A stretch of 64,000 bases of DNA from the human T2T-CHM13v2.0 reference genome, Homo sapiens, in the NCBI GenBank assembly GCA_009914755.4, contig CP086569.2, forward strand, positions 11,936,001 through 12,000,000. Reading direction: 5' to 3'. The stretch's first letter is position 1, and each line of letters begins with the position of its first letter. Positions 14,001-28,100 of this stretch are shown piece after piece. The notes below the pieces were generated by a model that did not search any database, was not told the origin of the DNA, and worked only from the letters and a program-made list of their open reading frames with translations. The position numbers were made by a program, and so were the translations under genes.

Positions 14001-16595
14001 GAATCGAACGGAATGGAATGCAATGGAATGGAATGGACTCGAAAGGAGAAGAGACAAATGGAATGGAAACGAATTCAATGGAATTGAAAAGAATAGAATG
14101 GAATGGCCTGTAATGGTAAGATACTAAATGGAATGGAATTGAATGGAATGGAATGGAATGGACCCAAATGTAATGCACTCGAATGGAATATACTCAAATA
14201 GAATGGAATCGAAAGGAAAGGTCTCAAATGGAATTTATTCAATACAATGGAATCGAATGGAATGCAATAGAATGGAAAGGAATCGAATGTAATGGAATCA
14301 AATAGAATGGACCAGAATGGAATGGACTGCCATAGAACGGACTGCAGTTTAATGGATTGAATTCTAATTCATTCAAATGGAATGGAATTGAATGGAATGG
14401 AATCCAATGGAATGGATAGGATTGTACTGGAATGGAATAGCATGGAATACAACGGAGTGGAATGGAGTTGAATGAAGTGGAATGGAATCGATTGGAATGG
14501 AATCAAATGGAATGGACGGGAATGGAATGGACTGGAAGAGAACAGACTCGAATATAATGGATTGCAATGTAATTGATTCAAATGGAATGGAATCGAATGG
14601 AATGTAATAAAATTGAAGGGACTGGAGTTCAATGCAATGGAATAGAATGGAATGCAAAGGAAACGAAAGGCACGGAGTGAAATCGAGTGTAATGGAATCG
14701 AATGGAATGAAATGGAATGGAATGGACTCAAAAGAAATGGACGAGGGACAAAACGGAATCGAACTGATTGGAATCGAATGGAACGGAATGGAATGGAATG
14801 GACTCCATTGGATGGGAGTAGAACGGATTGGAATGAAATGGAATGGAAAGGAATAGAATGGAATGGAATGGAATGGAAGATAACGGAAAGATATCGAACG
14901 GATTGGAAAGGAATGGAATGGACGCTAATGGAATGGAATGGAACTCAAGAGAAACGAATGGAATGGACTGGAGTGAAATGGAGTCGAATGTAATTGACTG
15001 GAGAGGGATGGACTCGAAAGGAATGGACTCGAATAGAATGGACTGGAATGGATTGTACTCGAATGGAGTGGAAAGGAATAAAATGGATTCCACCAGATTG
15101 GAATGGAACAGAATGTAATGGAATGGAATGGAATGCAATGGAATGGCTCGAGTGGAATGGAGCCGAATGCAATGGAAGAGAAAGGAAAGGAATTGAATGG
15201 AATTGAAAGTAATAGAATTAAAAGGAGTGCAAAGGAAAGATATGGAATGGAATGGATCGAAAAGAAATAGAATGGAATGGACAGGAATGGAATGGAATAG
15301 AATGGAATAGACTGGCGTGCAATTAAAACGAATGGAATGGAAACGAATGGAATGGAATGGAAAGGAATGGAGTAGAATAAATACTATGGAATGGAATGGA
15401 ATGGAATGGAATGGAATGGAATGGAATGGAGGCGAAAGGAAAACAATGGAGTGGAATGTCACCGAATGGAATGATATGGAATGGAAAGGAATGGATACGA
15501 ATGGAATGGAATAGAAAGGAACGGAAAGGTAAAGAATGGAATGGAATCGGACAGAATGGAATGTAATGTAATGGAGTCGAATGGAAAATAATCGAGTAGA
15601 ATGATATCGAATGGAATGGAATTTTTGGAATGGAATGGAATGGAATGGACTCGAATGGCATGTACTCAAATGGATTAGAATAGAATGGAATGGAACTAAA
15701 CGTAATGAACTCGAATGAATGGACACAAATAGAATGGAAGAGAAAGAAATGGTATTGAACGGATTTTATTCGAATAGAATGGAATTCAATGGAATGCAAC
15801 AGTGTGGCATGGAATCAAATGGAATGGAATCGAATGGAATGGACCCGAGTGGAATGGACTCACATAGAACAGCCTCGAATGTAATGGATGACAATGTATT
15901 AGATTCGAAAGGACTGAAATCGAATGGAATGTAATCAAATAGAACGGAATTGAATGCATGGAATGGCATAGAAAGTAATGCAATGGAATGGAATAGACTG
16001 GAAAGGAATGGAATCGGATGGAATGTAATGAAATGTAATGGAAGGAATGCTATGGAATGGAATGGAATGGAATACAATGGGACAGTGTATAATGGAGTGC
16101 AATGGATTTAAGTGGAATATAGTCAAAAGGAATGAAATAGAATGGAATTCAATATAATGGAATGGCATCCAATGGCAAGGAATGGAGCGGACTCCAATGG
16201 AAACGACATGAAAGGAATATAGTATAATGGAATGGCATTGAACGAAATGGAATGCAATGGAGTTAAAAGGTAAAATATCGAATGGAAAAGAATTGAATGG
16301 ACTCGAATGGAATATAATGGAATGGAATGGACTCGAATGGAATGTACTAGAGTTGAATGGAATCGAATGGAATGGAAAACAATGGAAAGGAAAGGAAGGG
16401 AATTGAAAGGAAAGGAATAGAATGGAATGGAATCGGATGGAACAGAATTGAATGGAATGGAAACTAAAGGAATAGAATAGAAAGGAATGGCATTGAATGG
16501 AATAGAAATGAATGGAATCAGATGGAACAGAAAGGAATGGAATAGAATCGAATGGAATGGCATCGAATGGATTGGAATGGAATGTAATGGAATGG
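11061..16595. repeat. 5.5-kb HSat3 HOR, copy 3 (5535 bp).
   Basis: The pseudo-ORF set is identical to copy 1. For example, the 332-aa pseudo-ORFs at 14728..15726 and 3658..4656 match. The variable tract at 11201-11230 has 6 GGAAT units. Confidence 0.85.
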
Positions 16596-19500
16596 AATAG
16601 AAAGGAATGGAATGGACTCAAATGGAATGTACTCAAATGGAATAGAATAGAATGGAATGGAAGTAAATATAATGGACTCGAGTGGAATGGATTGGAATAA
16701 ATTGGAATTGAATATATTGGATTTGAATGGAAAGGAATGGAATGGAATGGAATGGAATGGAATGGAATGGAATGGATTCGAATGGAATGGAACGAATTGG
16801 AATGTAATTGAATGGAGTCGAAAACAGTAGAAAGAAAAGAAGTTTAATCAAATGATATCGAATGGAATTGAATGGAATGTACGTGAATGGAATGGACTGG
16901 AATGGAATGGAATGACATGTAATGGGAACAAAAGGAATGGAATCGAATGAAATGGAATTGAATGGAATAGAAAGGAATAGAATGAAATGGAGTTTAATGG
17001 AAAGATATTAAAAGTAATGGAATGGAATTGAGTGGACACAAATGGAATGGACTGGAATGGAAAGGACTCGAATGAAATGGACCGCATTAGAATGGACTCG
17101 AATGGAACGGATTGGTGTGGAATGGTCTCGAATGGATGGGAAACGAATGGAATGGAAAAGAATAGAATGGAATGTAATCAAATGGAACGAAATGGAATGG
17201 AATGGATTCGACTGGAACAGAATTGAATGGAGTGGAATTGAATACAATGGAATGCAATCGAATGGAATGGACACGAATGGAATAGAATGAAATGAAATAG
17301 CATAGAATGGAATGGAATGGAATGGAATGGAATGGCATGGAATGGAATGGAGTGAAATGGATTGGAATGGGATGGGCCCAAAGTAATGGACTAAAATAAA
17401 AGAGACTCAAATAGAATGAATTGTAAAGAAACGGTCTCGAATGTAATTTATTCGAATAGAATGATATTGAATGGAATGCAATAGTATGGAATGGTATCGA
17501 ATAGAATGGAATGGAATGGAACTTAATGGAGTGCATTTGAACGGACTCAAATGCAATAAATTGCACTATAATTGATTCAAATGGAATGGAATCGAATAGA
17601 ATGTAAACAAATGGAATGGAAGGCAATGCAATGGAAAGGAATCGAATGAAATGGAATAAATGGGATGGAATCGAATGGAAAGGACGCGAATATAATGGAG
17701 TGTTAAGGAAAGGTCTCGAATCGAATTTATTCCAATAGAATGGAATCGAATGGAATGCAATACTATTGAATCAAATCGAATGGAATGGAATTGAATGGAA
17801 TGGACAGGAATGGAATGAACTGGAAGTGAATGGACAAGAACATAATATATTGCAATGTAATTTATTCAAATGGAATGGAATGCAATAGAATGGAATGGAC
17901 GCGATTGCAATGGACTGGAGTGGAATGGACTGCAATGGAATTTAAACGAATATAATGCAATGGAACGGAAAGCAAAGGAATCTACCGGAATGGAATCGAA
18001 CGGAACAGAAAGGAATGGAATGGAATGGAGTGGAATGGACTCGAATGGAATGTATTCAAATGTAATGGACCGGAAAGGAATGGAATCCAAAGGAATGGAA
18101 TTGAATGGAATCAAAAGGAATAGAAAGGAATAGAGTGTAATTGAATGATATCGAATGGAAGGGAATGGAATGAAGTCGAATGGAATGCACTGGAATGGAA
18201 TGGACTCAATCAGAACGGACTGGAGAGGAATGTACACAAATGGAATGGAAACGAATGGAATGGAATGAAATGGAATGGAATGCAATGGAATTGAAAGGAA
18301 CGGAATCAAAAGGAATGGAATGGAATGGATTGGAATAGAATGGATTCAAATAAAATAGAATCGATTGGAATGGTATTGAATGGAAGGGACTTGAATGGAA
18401 TGGAAAGCAATGGAAGATATTGGAATCGAATGGCATCGAATGAAATGGAATGGAACGGAATGGAACGGACCCGAATGGAATGGAATGGACTCAAATGTAA
18501 TGGACTCGAATGGAATCGAATGAAATATAATAGACTCGAAAGGAATGGCCTCGAGCGGAATTTATTTGAATAGAATGGAATCAAATGGAATAGAATAGTA
18601 TTGAATGGAATCGAATGGAATGGAATCGAATGGAATGTAATCAAATAGAATGGAACGGAATTCAATATAATGGAGTAGAATGGAATGCATTGGAAAGGAG
18701 CAGAGTGGAATCGAGTGGATTGGAATCGAGTGGAATGGAATCAAAGGGAACGAAATGGAATTGAATGGACTTGAATGGAATTGAGTCGAAAGGAATTGAC
18801 TCGAAAGGAACGGACTGGAAGGAAAAGGAATCAAATGGACAGGAATGGAATGGAATGGACTCGAATGGATTGGAGTCAAATGCAAACGCATCGAATGGAA
18901 TGGATTCAAATGGAATGCAATTGAATGGAATAGAAAGGAAGAGAATGGAATTGAGAGTAATGGAAAGATATCGATTGGAATGAAATGGAATGGAAAGGAA
19001 GTGAATGGAAAGGAATGGACTCGAAAGAAATGGATTGGAATGGAATGGTCTCCAATGGAATGGACTGGAGTGGAATGGAATCGAATGGAATGAAAAGAAT
19101 GGAACGGAATGGAACGTAAAGGAATAGAATGTTATGGAATCCGATTGGACAGAATGGAATGGAATGGAGTTTCATAAAATGGAGTCGAATAGATTGGCAT
19201 CAAAAGGAATGGAATGGAATGGAGTGGACTCAAAAGGAATGGACTCCAAAGGAATGGAGTCGAAGCAAATTGAATCAAATGGATTGGAGTCGAACAGAAT
19301 GGAATGGAATGGAATGAACTCGACTGGAGTAGAGAGGAATGTAAAGGAATAGAATGGAATGTAATCAAATGGATTGCAAGTGAATGGAATCAAAAATAAT
19401 AGAAAGGAATGGAGTGTAAAGGGATGATATGGAATAAAATGGAATGGAATGGAATTTAATGGAATGGAGTCGAAGGAATGGACAGGAATGTAATGGACTC

Positions 19501-22120
19501 CAATGGAATGGAATGGATCAAAATGGATTTGAACAGATTGGAATCGAACGGAATGGAATGCAATGGAATGGAATGGACTCGAAAGGAGAAGAGACAAATG
19601 GAATGGAAACGAATTCAATGGAATTGAAAAGAATAGAATGGAATGGCCTGTAATGGTAAGATACTAAATGGAATGGAATTGAATGGAATGGAATGGAATG
19701 GACCCAAATGTAATGCACTCGAATGGAATATACTCAAATAGAATGGAATCGAAAGGAAAGGTCTCAAATGGAATTTATTCAATACAATGGAATCGAATGG
19801 AATGCAATAGAATGGAAAGGAATCGAATGTAATGGAATCAAATAGAATGGACCAGAATGGAATGGACTGCCATAGAACGGACTGCAGTTTAATGGATTGA
19901 ATTCTAATTCATTCAAATGGAATGGAATTGAATGGAATGGAATCCAATGGAATGGATAGGATTGTACTGGAATGGAATAGCATGGAATACAACGGAGTGG
20001 AATGGAGTTGAATGAAGTGGAATGGAATCGATTGGAATGGAATCAAATGGAATGGACGGGAATGGAATGGACTGGAAGAGAACAGACTCGAATATAATGG
20101 ATTGCAATGTAATTGATTCAAATGGAATGGAATCGAATGGAATGTAATAAAATTGAAGGGACTGGAGTTCAATGCAATGGAATAGAATGGAATGCAAAGG
20201 AAACGAAAGGCACGGAGTGAAATCGAGTGTAATGGAATCGAATGGAATGAAATGGAATGGAATGGACTCAAAAGAAATGGACGAGGGACAAAACGGAATC
20301 GAACTGATTGGAATCGAATGGAACGGAATGGAATGGAATGGACTCCATTGGATGGGAGTAGAACGGATTGGAATGAAATGGAATGGAAAGGAATAGAATG
20401 GAATGGAATGGAATGGAAGATAACGGAAAGATATCGAACGGATTGGAAAGGAATGGAATGGACGCTAATGGAATGGAATGGAACTCAAGAGAAACGAATG
20501 GAATGGACTGGAGTGAAATGGAGTCGAATGTAATTGACTGGAGAGGGATGGACTCGAAAGGAATGGACTCGAATAGAATGGACTGGAATGGATTGTACGC
20601 GAATGGAGTGGAAAGGAATAAAATGGATTCCACCAGATTGGAATGGAACAGAATGTAATGGAATGGAATGGAATGCAATGGAATGGCTCGAGTGGAATGG
20701 AGCCGAATGCAATGGAAGAGAAAGGAAAGGAATTGAATGGAATTGAAAGTAATAGAATTAAAAGGAGTGCAAAGGAAAGATATCGAATGGAATGGATCGA
20801 AAAGAAATAGAATGGAATGGACATGAATGGAATGGAATAGAATGGAATAGAATGGCGTGCAATGAAAACGAATGGAATGTAAACGAATGGAATGGAATGG
20901 AAAGGAATGGAGTAGAATAAATACTATGGAATGGAATGGAATGTAATGGAATGGAGGCAAAAGGAAAAGAATGGATTGGAATGTCACCGAATGGAAAGAT
21001 ATGGAATGGAAAGGAATGGATACGAATGGAATGGAATAGAAAGGAACGGAAAGGTAAAGAATGCAATGGAATCGGACAGAATGGAATGCAATGTAATGGA
21101 GTCGAATGGAAAATAATCGAGTAGAATGATATCGAATGGAATGGAATTTAATGGAACGGAATGGAATGGAATGGACTCGAATGGCATGTACTCAAATGGA
21201 TTAGAATAGAATGGAATGGAACTAAACGTAATGAACTCGAATGGAATGGACACAAATAGAATGGAAGAGAAAGAAATGGTATTGAATGGAATTTATTCGA
21301 ATAGAATGGAATTCAATGGAATGCAACAGTGTGGCATGGAATCAAATGGAATGGAATCGAATGGAATGGACCCGAGTGGAATGGACTCACATAGAACAGC
21401 CTCGAATGTAATGGATTACAATGTATTAGATTCGAAAGGACTGAAATCGTATGAATGTAATCAAATAGAACGGAATTGAATGCATGGAATGGCATAGAAA
21501 GTAATGCAATGGAATGGAATAGACTGGAATGGAATGGAATCGGATGGAATGTAATGAAATGTAATGGAAGGAATGCTATGGAATGGAATGGAATGGAATA
21601 CAATGGGACGGTGTATAATGGAGTGCAATGGATTTCAGTGGAATGTAGTCAAAAGGAATGAAATAGAATGGAATTCAATATAATGGAATGGCATCCAATG
21701 GCAAGGAATGGAGCGGACTCCAATGGAAACGACATGAAAGGAATATAATATAATGGAATGGCATTGAAAGAAATGGAATGCAATGGAGTTAAAAGGTAAA
21801 ATATCGAATGGAAAAGAATTGAATAGACTCGAATGGAATATAATGGAATGGAATGGACTGGAATGGAATGTACTAGAGTTGAATGGAATCGAATGGAATG
21901 GAAAACAATGGAAAGGAAAGGAAGGGAATTGAAAGGAATGGAATAGAATGGAATGGAATCGGATGGAACAGAATTGAATGGAATGGAAACTAAAGGAATA
22001 GAATAGAAGGGAATGGCATTGAATGGAATAGAAATGAATGGAATCAGATGGAACAGAAAGGAATGGAATAGAATCGAATGGAATGGCATCGAATGGATTG
22101 GAATGTAATGTAATGGAATG
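16596..22120. repeat. 5.5-kb HSat3 HOR, copy 4, a mosaic. The 5' ~3.7 kb is type A and is identical to copies 1 to 3. The 3' ~1.8 kb (about 20.27 to 22.1 kb) is a diverged type-B variant.
   Basis: Up to about 20.27 kb the pseudo-ORFs match copies 1 to 3 exactly. From 20268 onward the frames break. The novel pseudo-ORFs at 20465..20824, 20931..21116, 20984..21253 and 21216..21479 have no equivalent in copies 1 to 3. They do recur at 57611..57970, 58082..58267, 58135..58404 and 58367..58612. By direct comparison, 20871-21010 against 4261-4400 shows several substitutions and a GGAAT tract contracted from 8 to about 3 units. Confidence 0.75.
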
Positions 22121-25110
22121 GAATGGAAAGGAATGGAATGGAGTCAAATGGAATGTACTCAAATGGAATAGAATAGAATGGAATGGAAGTAAATATAATG
22201 GACTCGAGTGGAATGGATTGGAATAAATTGGAATTGAATGTATTGGATTTGAAAGGAATGGAATGGAATGGAATGGAATGGAATGGAATGGATTCGAATG
22301 GAATGGAACGAATTGGAATGTAATTGAATGGAGTGGAAAACAGTAGAAAGAAAAGAAGTTTTATCGAATGATATCGAATGGAATTGAATGGAATGTACGC
22401 GAATGGAATGGACTGGAATGGAATGGAATGACATGTAATGGAATCGAAAGGAATGGAATAGAATGAAATGGAATTGAATGGAATAGAAAGGAATAGAAAG
22501 GAATGGAGTTTAATGGAAAGATATTAAAAGTAATGGAATGGAATTGAGTGGACACGAATGGAATGGACTGGAATGGAAATGACTCGACTGAAATGGACCG
22601 CATTAGAATGGACTCGAATGGAACGGATTGGTGTGGAATGGTCTCGAATGGATGGGAAACGAATGGAATGGAAAAGAATAGAATGGAATGTAATCAAATG
22701 GAACGAAATGGAATGGAATGGATTCGACTGGAACAGAATTGAATGGAGTGGAATTGAATACAATGGAATGCAATCGAATGGAATGGACACGAATGGAATA
22801 GAATGAAATGAAATGGCATAGAATGGAATGGAATGGAATGGAATGGAATGGCATGGAATGGAATGGAATGGAATGGAATGGAATGGAATGAAATGGATTG
22901 GAATGGGATGGGCCCAAAAGTAATGGACTAAAATAAAAGGGACTCAAATAGAATGAATTGTAAAGAAACGATCTCGAATGTAATTTATTCGAATCGAATG
23001 ATATTGAATGGAATGCAATAGTATGGAATGGTATCGAATAGAATGGAATGGAATGGAACGGAATGGAGTGCATTTGAACGGACTCAAATGCAATAAATGG
23101 CAATATAATTGATTCAAATGGAATGGAATCGAATAGAATGTAAACAAATGGAATGGAAGGCAATGCAATGGAAAGGAATCGAATGAAATGGAATAAATGG
23201 GATGGAATCGAATGGAAAGGACGCGAATATAATGGACTGTTAAGGAAAGGTCTCGAATCGAATTTATTCCAATAGAATGGAATCGAATGGAATGCAATAC
23301 TATTGAATCAAATCGAATGGAATGGAATTGAATGGAATGGACAGGAATGGAATGAACTGGAAGTGAATGGACAAGAACATAATATATTGCAATGTAATTT
23401 ATTCAAATGGAATGGAATGCAATAGAATGGAATGGACGCGATTGCAATGGACTGGAGTGGAATGGACTGCAATGGAATTTAAACGAATATAATGGAATGG
23501 AACGGAAAGCAAAGGAATCTACCGGAATGGAATCGAACGGAACAGAAAGGAAAGGAATGGAATGGAGTGGAATGGACTCGAATGGAATGTATTCGAATGT
23601 AATGGACCGGAAAGGAATGGAATCCAAAGGAATGGAATTGAATGGAATCAAAAGGAATAGAAAGGAATAGAGTGTAATTGAATGATATCGAATGGAAGGG
23701 AATGGAATGAAGTCGAATGGAATGCACTGGAATGGAATGGACTCAATCAGAACGGACTGGAGAGGAATGTACACAAATGGAATGGAAACGAATGGAATGG
23801 AATGAAATGGAATGGAATGCAATGGAATTGAAAGGAACGGAATCAAAAGGAATGGAATGGAATGGATTGGAATAGAATGGATTCAAATAAAATAGAATCG
23901 ATTGGAATGGTATTGAATGGAAGGGACTTGAATGGAATGGAAAGCAATGGAAGATATTGGAATCGAATGGCATCGAAAGAAATGGAATGGAACGGAATGG
24001 AACGGACCCGAATGGAATGGAATGGACTCAAATGTAATGGACTCGAATGGAATCGAATGAAATATAATAGACTCGAAAGGAATGGCCTCGAGCGGGAATT
24101 ATTTGAATAGAATGGAATTAAATGGAATGCAATAGTATGGAATGGAATCGAATGGAATGGAATCGAATGGAATGTAATCAAATGGAATGGAACGGAATTC
24201 AATATAATGGAGTAGAATGGAATGCATTGGAAAGGAGCAGAGTGGAATCTAGTGGATTGGAATCGAGTGGAATGGAATCACAGGGAACGAAATCGAATTG
24301 AATGGACTTGAATGGAATTGAGTCGAAAGGAATTGACTCGAAAGGAATGGACTGCAACAAAAAGGAATCAAATGGACAGGAATGGAATGGAATGGACTCG
24401 AATGGAATGGAGTCAAATGCAAACGCATCGAATGGAATGGATTCAAATGGAATGCAATTGAATGGAAAAGAAAGGAAGAGAATGGAATTGAGAGTAATGG
24501 AAAGATATCGATTGGAATGAAATGGAATGGAAAGGAATTGAATGGAAAGGAATGGACTCGAAAGAAATGGATTGGAATGGAATGGTCTCCAATGGAATGG
24601 ACTGGAGTGGAATGGAATCGAATGGAATGAAAAGAATGGAACGGAATGCAACGGAAAGGAATAGAATGTTATGGAATCCGATTGGACAGAATGGAATGGA
24701 ATGCAGTTTCATGAAATGGAGTCGAATAGAGTGGCATCAAAAGGAATGGAATGGAGTGGACTCAAGAAGAATGGACTCGAAAGGAATGGAGTCGAACAAA
24801 ATTGAAACAAATGGATTGGAGTCGAACAGAATGGAATGGAATGAACTCGACTGGAGTAGAGAGGAATGAAAAGGAATAGAATGGAATGTAATCAAATGGA
24901 TTGCAAGTGAATGGAATCAAAAATAATAGAAAGGAATGGAGTGTAAAGGGATGATATTGAATTAAATGGAATGGAATGGAATTTAATGGAATGGAGTCGA
25001 AGGAATGGACAGGAATGTAATGGATTCCAATGGAATGGAATGGATCAAAATGGATTTGAACAGATTGGAATCAAACGGAATGGAATGCAATGAAATGGAA
25101 TGGACTCGAT
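22121..25110. repeat. Partial fifth copy of the 5.5-kb HOR (HOR positions about 1 to 2972). It runs directly into the 1.37-kb sub-repeat array.
   Basis: Peptides at 22361..22603, 22548..22742, 23403..23846, 23843..24202 and 24302..24520 parallel copy-4 peptides at an offset of about 5516 to 5540. The junction gaatggactcga|tcagaacggactggagagg lies at about 25103-25119. Confidence 0.75.
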
Positions 25111-28100
25111 CAGAACGGACTGGAGAGGAATGTACACAAATGGAATGGAAACGAATGGAATGGAATGAAATGGAATGGAATGCAATGGAATTGAAAGGAA
25201 CGGAATCAAATGGAATGGAATGGATTGGAATAGAATGGATTCAAATAAAATAGAATCGATTGCAATGGTATTGAATGGAAGGGACTTGAATGGAATGGAA
25301 AGCAATGGAAGATATTGGAATCGAATGGCATCGAATGAAATGGAATGGAACGGAATGGAACGGACCCGAATGGATGGAATGGACTCAAATGTAATGGACT
25401 CGAATGGAATCGACTGAAATATAATAGACTCGAAAGGAATGGCCTCGAGCGGAATTTATTTGAATAGAATGGAATCAAATGGAATACAATAGTATGGAAT
25501 GGAATCGAAAGGAATGGAATCGAATGGAATGTAATCAAATGGAATGGAACAGAATTCAATATAATGGAGTAGAATGGAATGCATTGGAAAGGAGCAGAGT
25601 GGAATCGAGTGTATTGGAATCGACTGGAATGGAATCAAAGGGAACAAAATCAAATTGAATTGACTTGAATGGAATTGAGTCGAAAGGAATTGACTCGAAA
25701 GGAATGGACTGGAACAAAAAGGAATCAAATGGACAGGAATGGAATGGAATGGACTCGAATGGAATGGAGTCAAATGAAAACGCATCGAATGGAATGGATT
25801 CAAATGGAATGCAATTGAATGGAACAGAAAGGAAGAGAATGGAATTGAGAGTAATGCAAAGATATCGATTGGAATGAAATGGAATGGAAAGGAATTGAAT
25901 GGAAAGGAAAGGACTCGAAAGAAATGGATTGGAATGGAATGGTCTCCAATGGAATGGACTGGAGTGGAATGGAATCGAATGGAAAGAAAAGAATGGAACG
26001 GAATGGAATGGAAAGGAATAGAATGTTATGGAATCCGATTGGACAGAATGGAATGGAATGCAGTTTCATGAAAAAGAGTCGAATAGAGTGGCATCAATAG
26101 GAATGGAATGGAGTGGACTCAAAAGTAATGGACTCGAAAGGAATCGAGTCGAACCAAATTGAGTCAAATGCATTGGAGTCGAACAGAATGGAATGGAATG
26201 GAATGAACTCGACTGGAGTAGAGAGGAATGAAAAGGAATAGAATGGAATGTAATCAAATGGATTGCAAGTGAATGGAATCAAAAATAATAGAAAGGAATG
26301 GAGTGTAAAGGGATGATATTGAATTAAATGGAATGGAATGGAATTTAATGGAATGGAGTCGAAGGAATGGACAGGAATGTAATGGACTCCAATGGAATGG
26401 AATGGATCAAAATGGATTTGAACAGATTGGAATCGAACGGAATGGAATGCAATGAAATGGAATGGACTCGATCAGAACAGACTGGAGAGGAATGTACACA
26501 AATGGAATGGAAACGAATGGAATGGAATGAAATGGAAAGGAATGCAATGGAATTGAAAGGAACGGAATCAAATGGAATGGAATGGAATGGAATGGAATGA
26601 ATTGGAATAGAATGGATTCAAATAAAATAGAATCGATTGCAATGGTATTGAATGGAAGGGTCTTGAATGGAATGGAAAGCAATGGAAGATATTGGATTCG
26701 AATGGCATCGAATGAAATGGAATGGAACGGAATGGAACGGACCCGAATGGTATGGAATGGACTCAAATGTAATGGACTCGAATGGAATCGACTGAAATAT
26801 AATAGACTCGAAAGGAATGGCCTCGAGCGGAATTTATTTGAATAGAATTGAATCAAATGGAATACAATAGTATGGAATGGAATCGAATGGAATGGAATCG
26901 AATGGAATGTAATCAAATGGAATGGAACGGAATTCAATATAATGGAGTAGAATGGAATGCATTGGAAAGGAGCAGAGTGGAATCGAGTGGATTGGAATCG
27001 AGTGGAATGGAATCAAAGGGAACGAAATCGAATTGAATGGACTTGAATGGAATTGAGTCGAAAGGAATTGACTCAAAAGGAATGGACTGGAACAAAAAGG
27101 AATCAAATGGACAGGAATGGAATGGAATGGACTCGAATGGAATGGAGTCAAATGCAAACGCATCAAATGGAATGGATTCAAATGGAATGCAATTGAATGG
27201 AATAGAAAGGAAGAGAATGGAATTGAGAATAATGGAAAGATATCGATTGGAATGAAATGGAATGGAAAGGAATTGAATGGAAAGGAATGGACTCGAAAGA
27301 AATGGATTGGAATGCAATGGTCTCCAATGGAATGGACTGGAGTGGAATGGAATCGAATGGAATGAAAAGAATGGAACGGAATGGAACGGAAAGGAATAGA
27401 ATGTTATGGAATCCGATTGGACAGAATGGAATGGAATGCAGTTTCATGAAATGGAGTGGAATAGAGTGGCATCAAAAGGAATGGAATGGAGTGGACTCAA
27501 AAGGAATGGACTCGAAAGGAATGGAGTCGAACCAAATTGAATCAAATGGATTGGAGTCGAACAGAATGGAATGGAATGGAATGAACTCGACTGGAGTAGA
27601 GAGGAATGAAAAGGAATAGAATGGAATGTAATCAAATGGATTGCAAGTGAATGGAATCAAAAATAATAGAAAGGAATGGAGTGTAAAGGGATGATATTGA
27701 ATTAAATGGAATGGAATGGAATTTAATGGAATGGAGTCGAAGGAATGGACAGGAATGTAATGGACTCCAATGGAATGGAATGGATCAAAATGGATTTGAA
27801 CAGATTGGAATCGAACGGAATGGAATGCAATGAAATGGAATGGACTCGATCAGAACGGACTGGAGAGGAATGTACACAAATGGAATGGAAACGAAAGGAA
27901 TGGAATGAAATGGAATGGAATGCAATGGAATTGAAAGGAACGGAATCAAATGGAATGGAATGGAATGGAATGGATTGGAATAGAATGGATTCAAATAAAA
28001 TAGAATCGATTGCAATGGTATTGAATGGAAGGGACTTGAATGGAATGGAAAGCAATGGAAGATATTGGAATCGAATGGCATCGAATGAAATGGAATGGAA

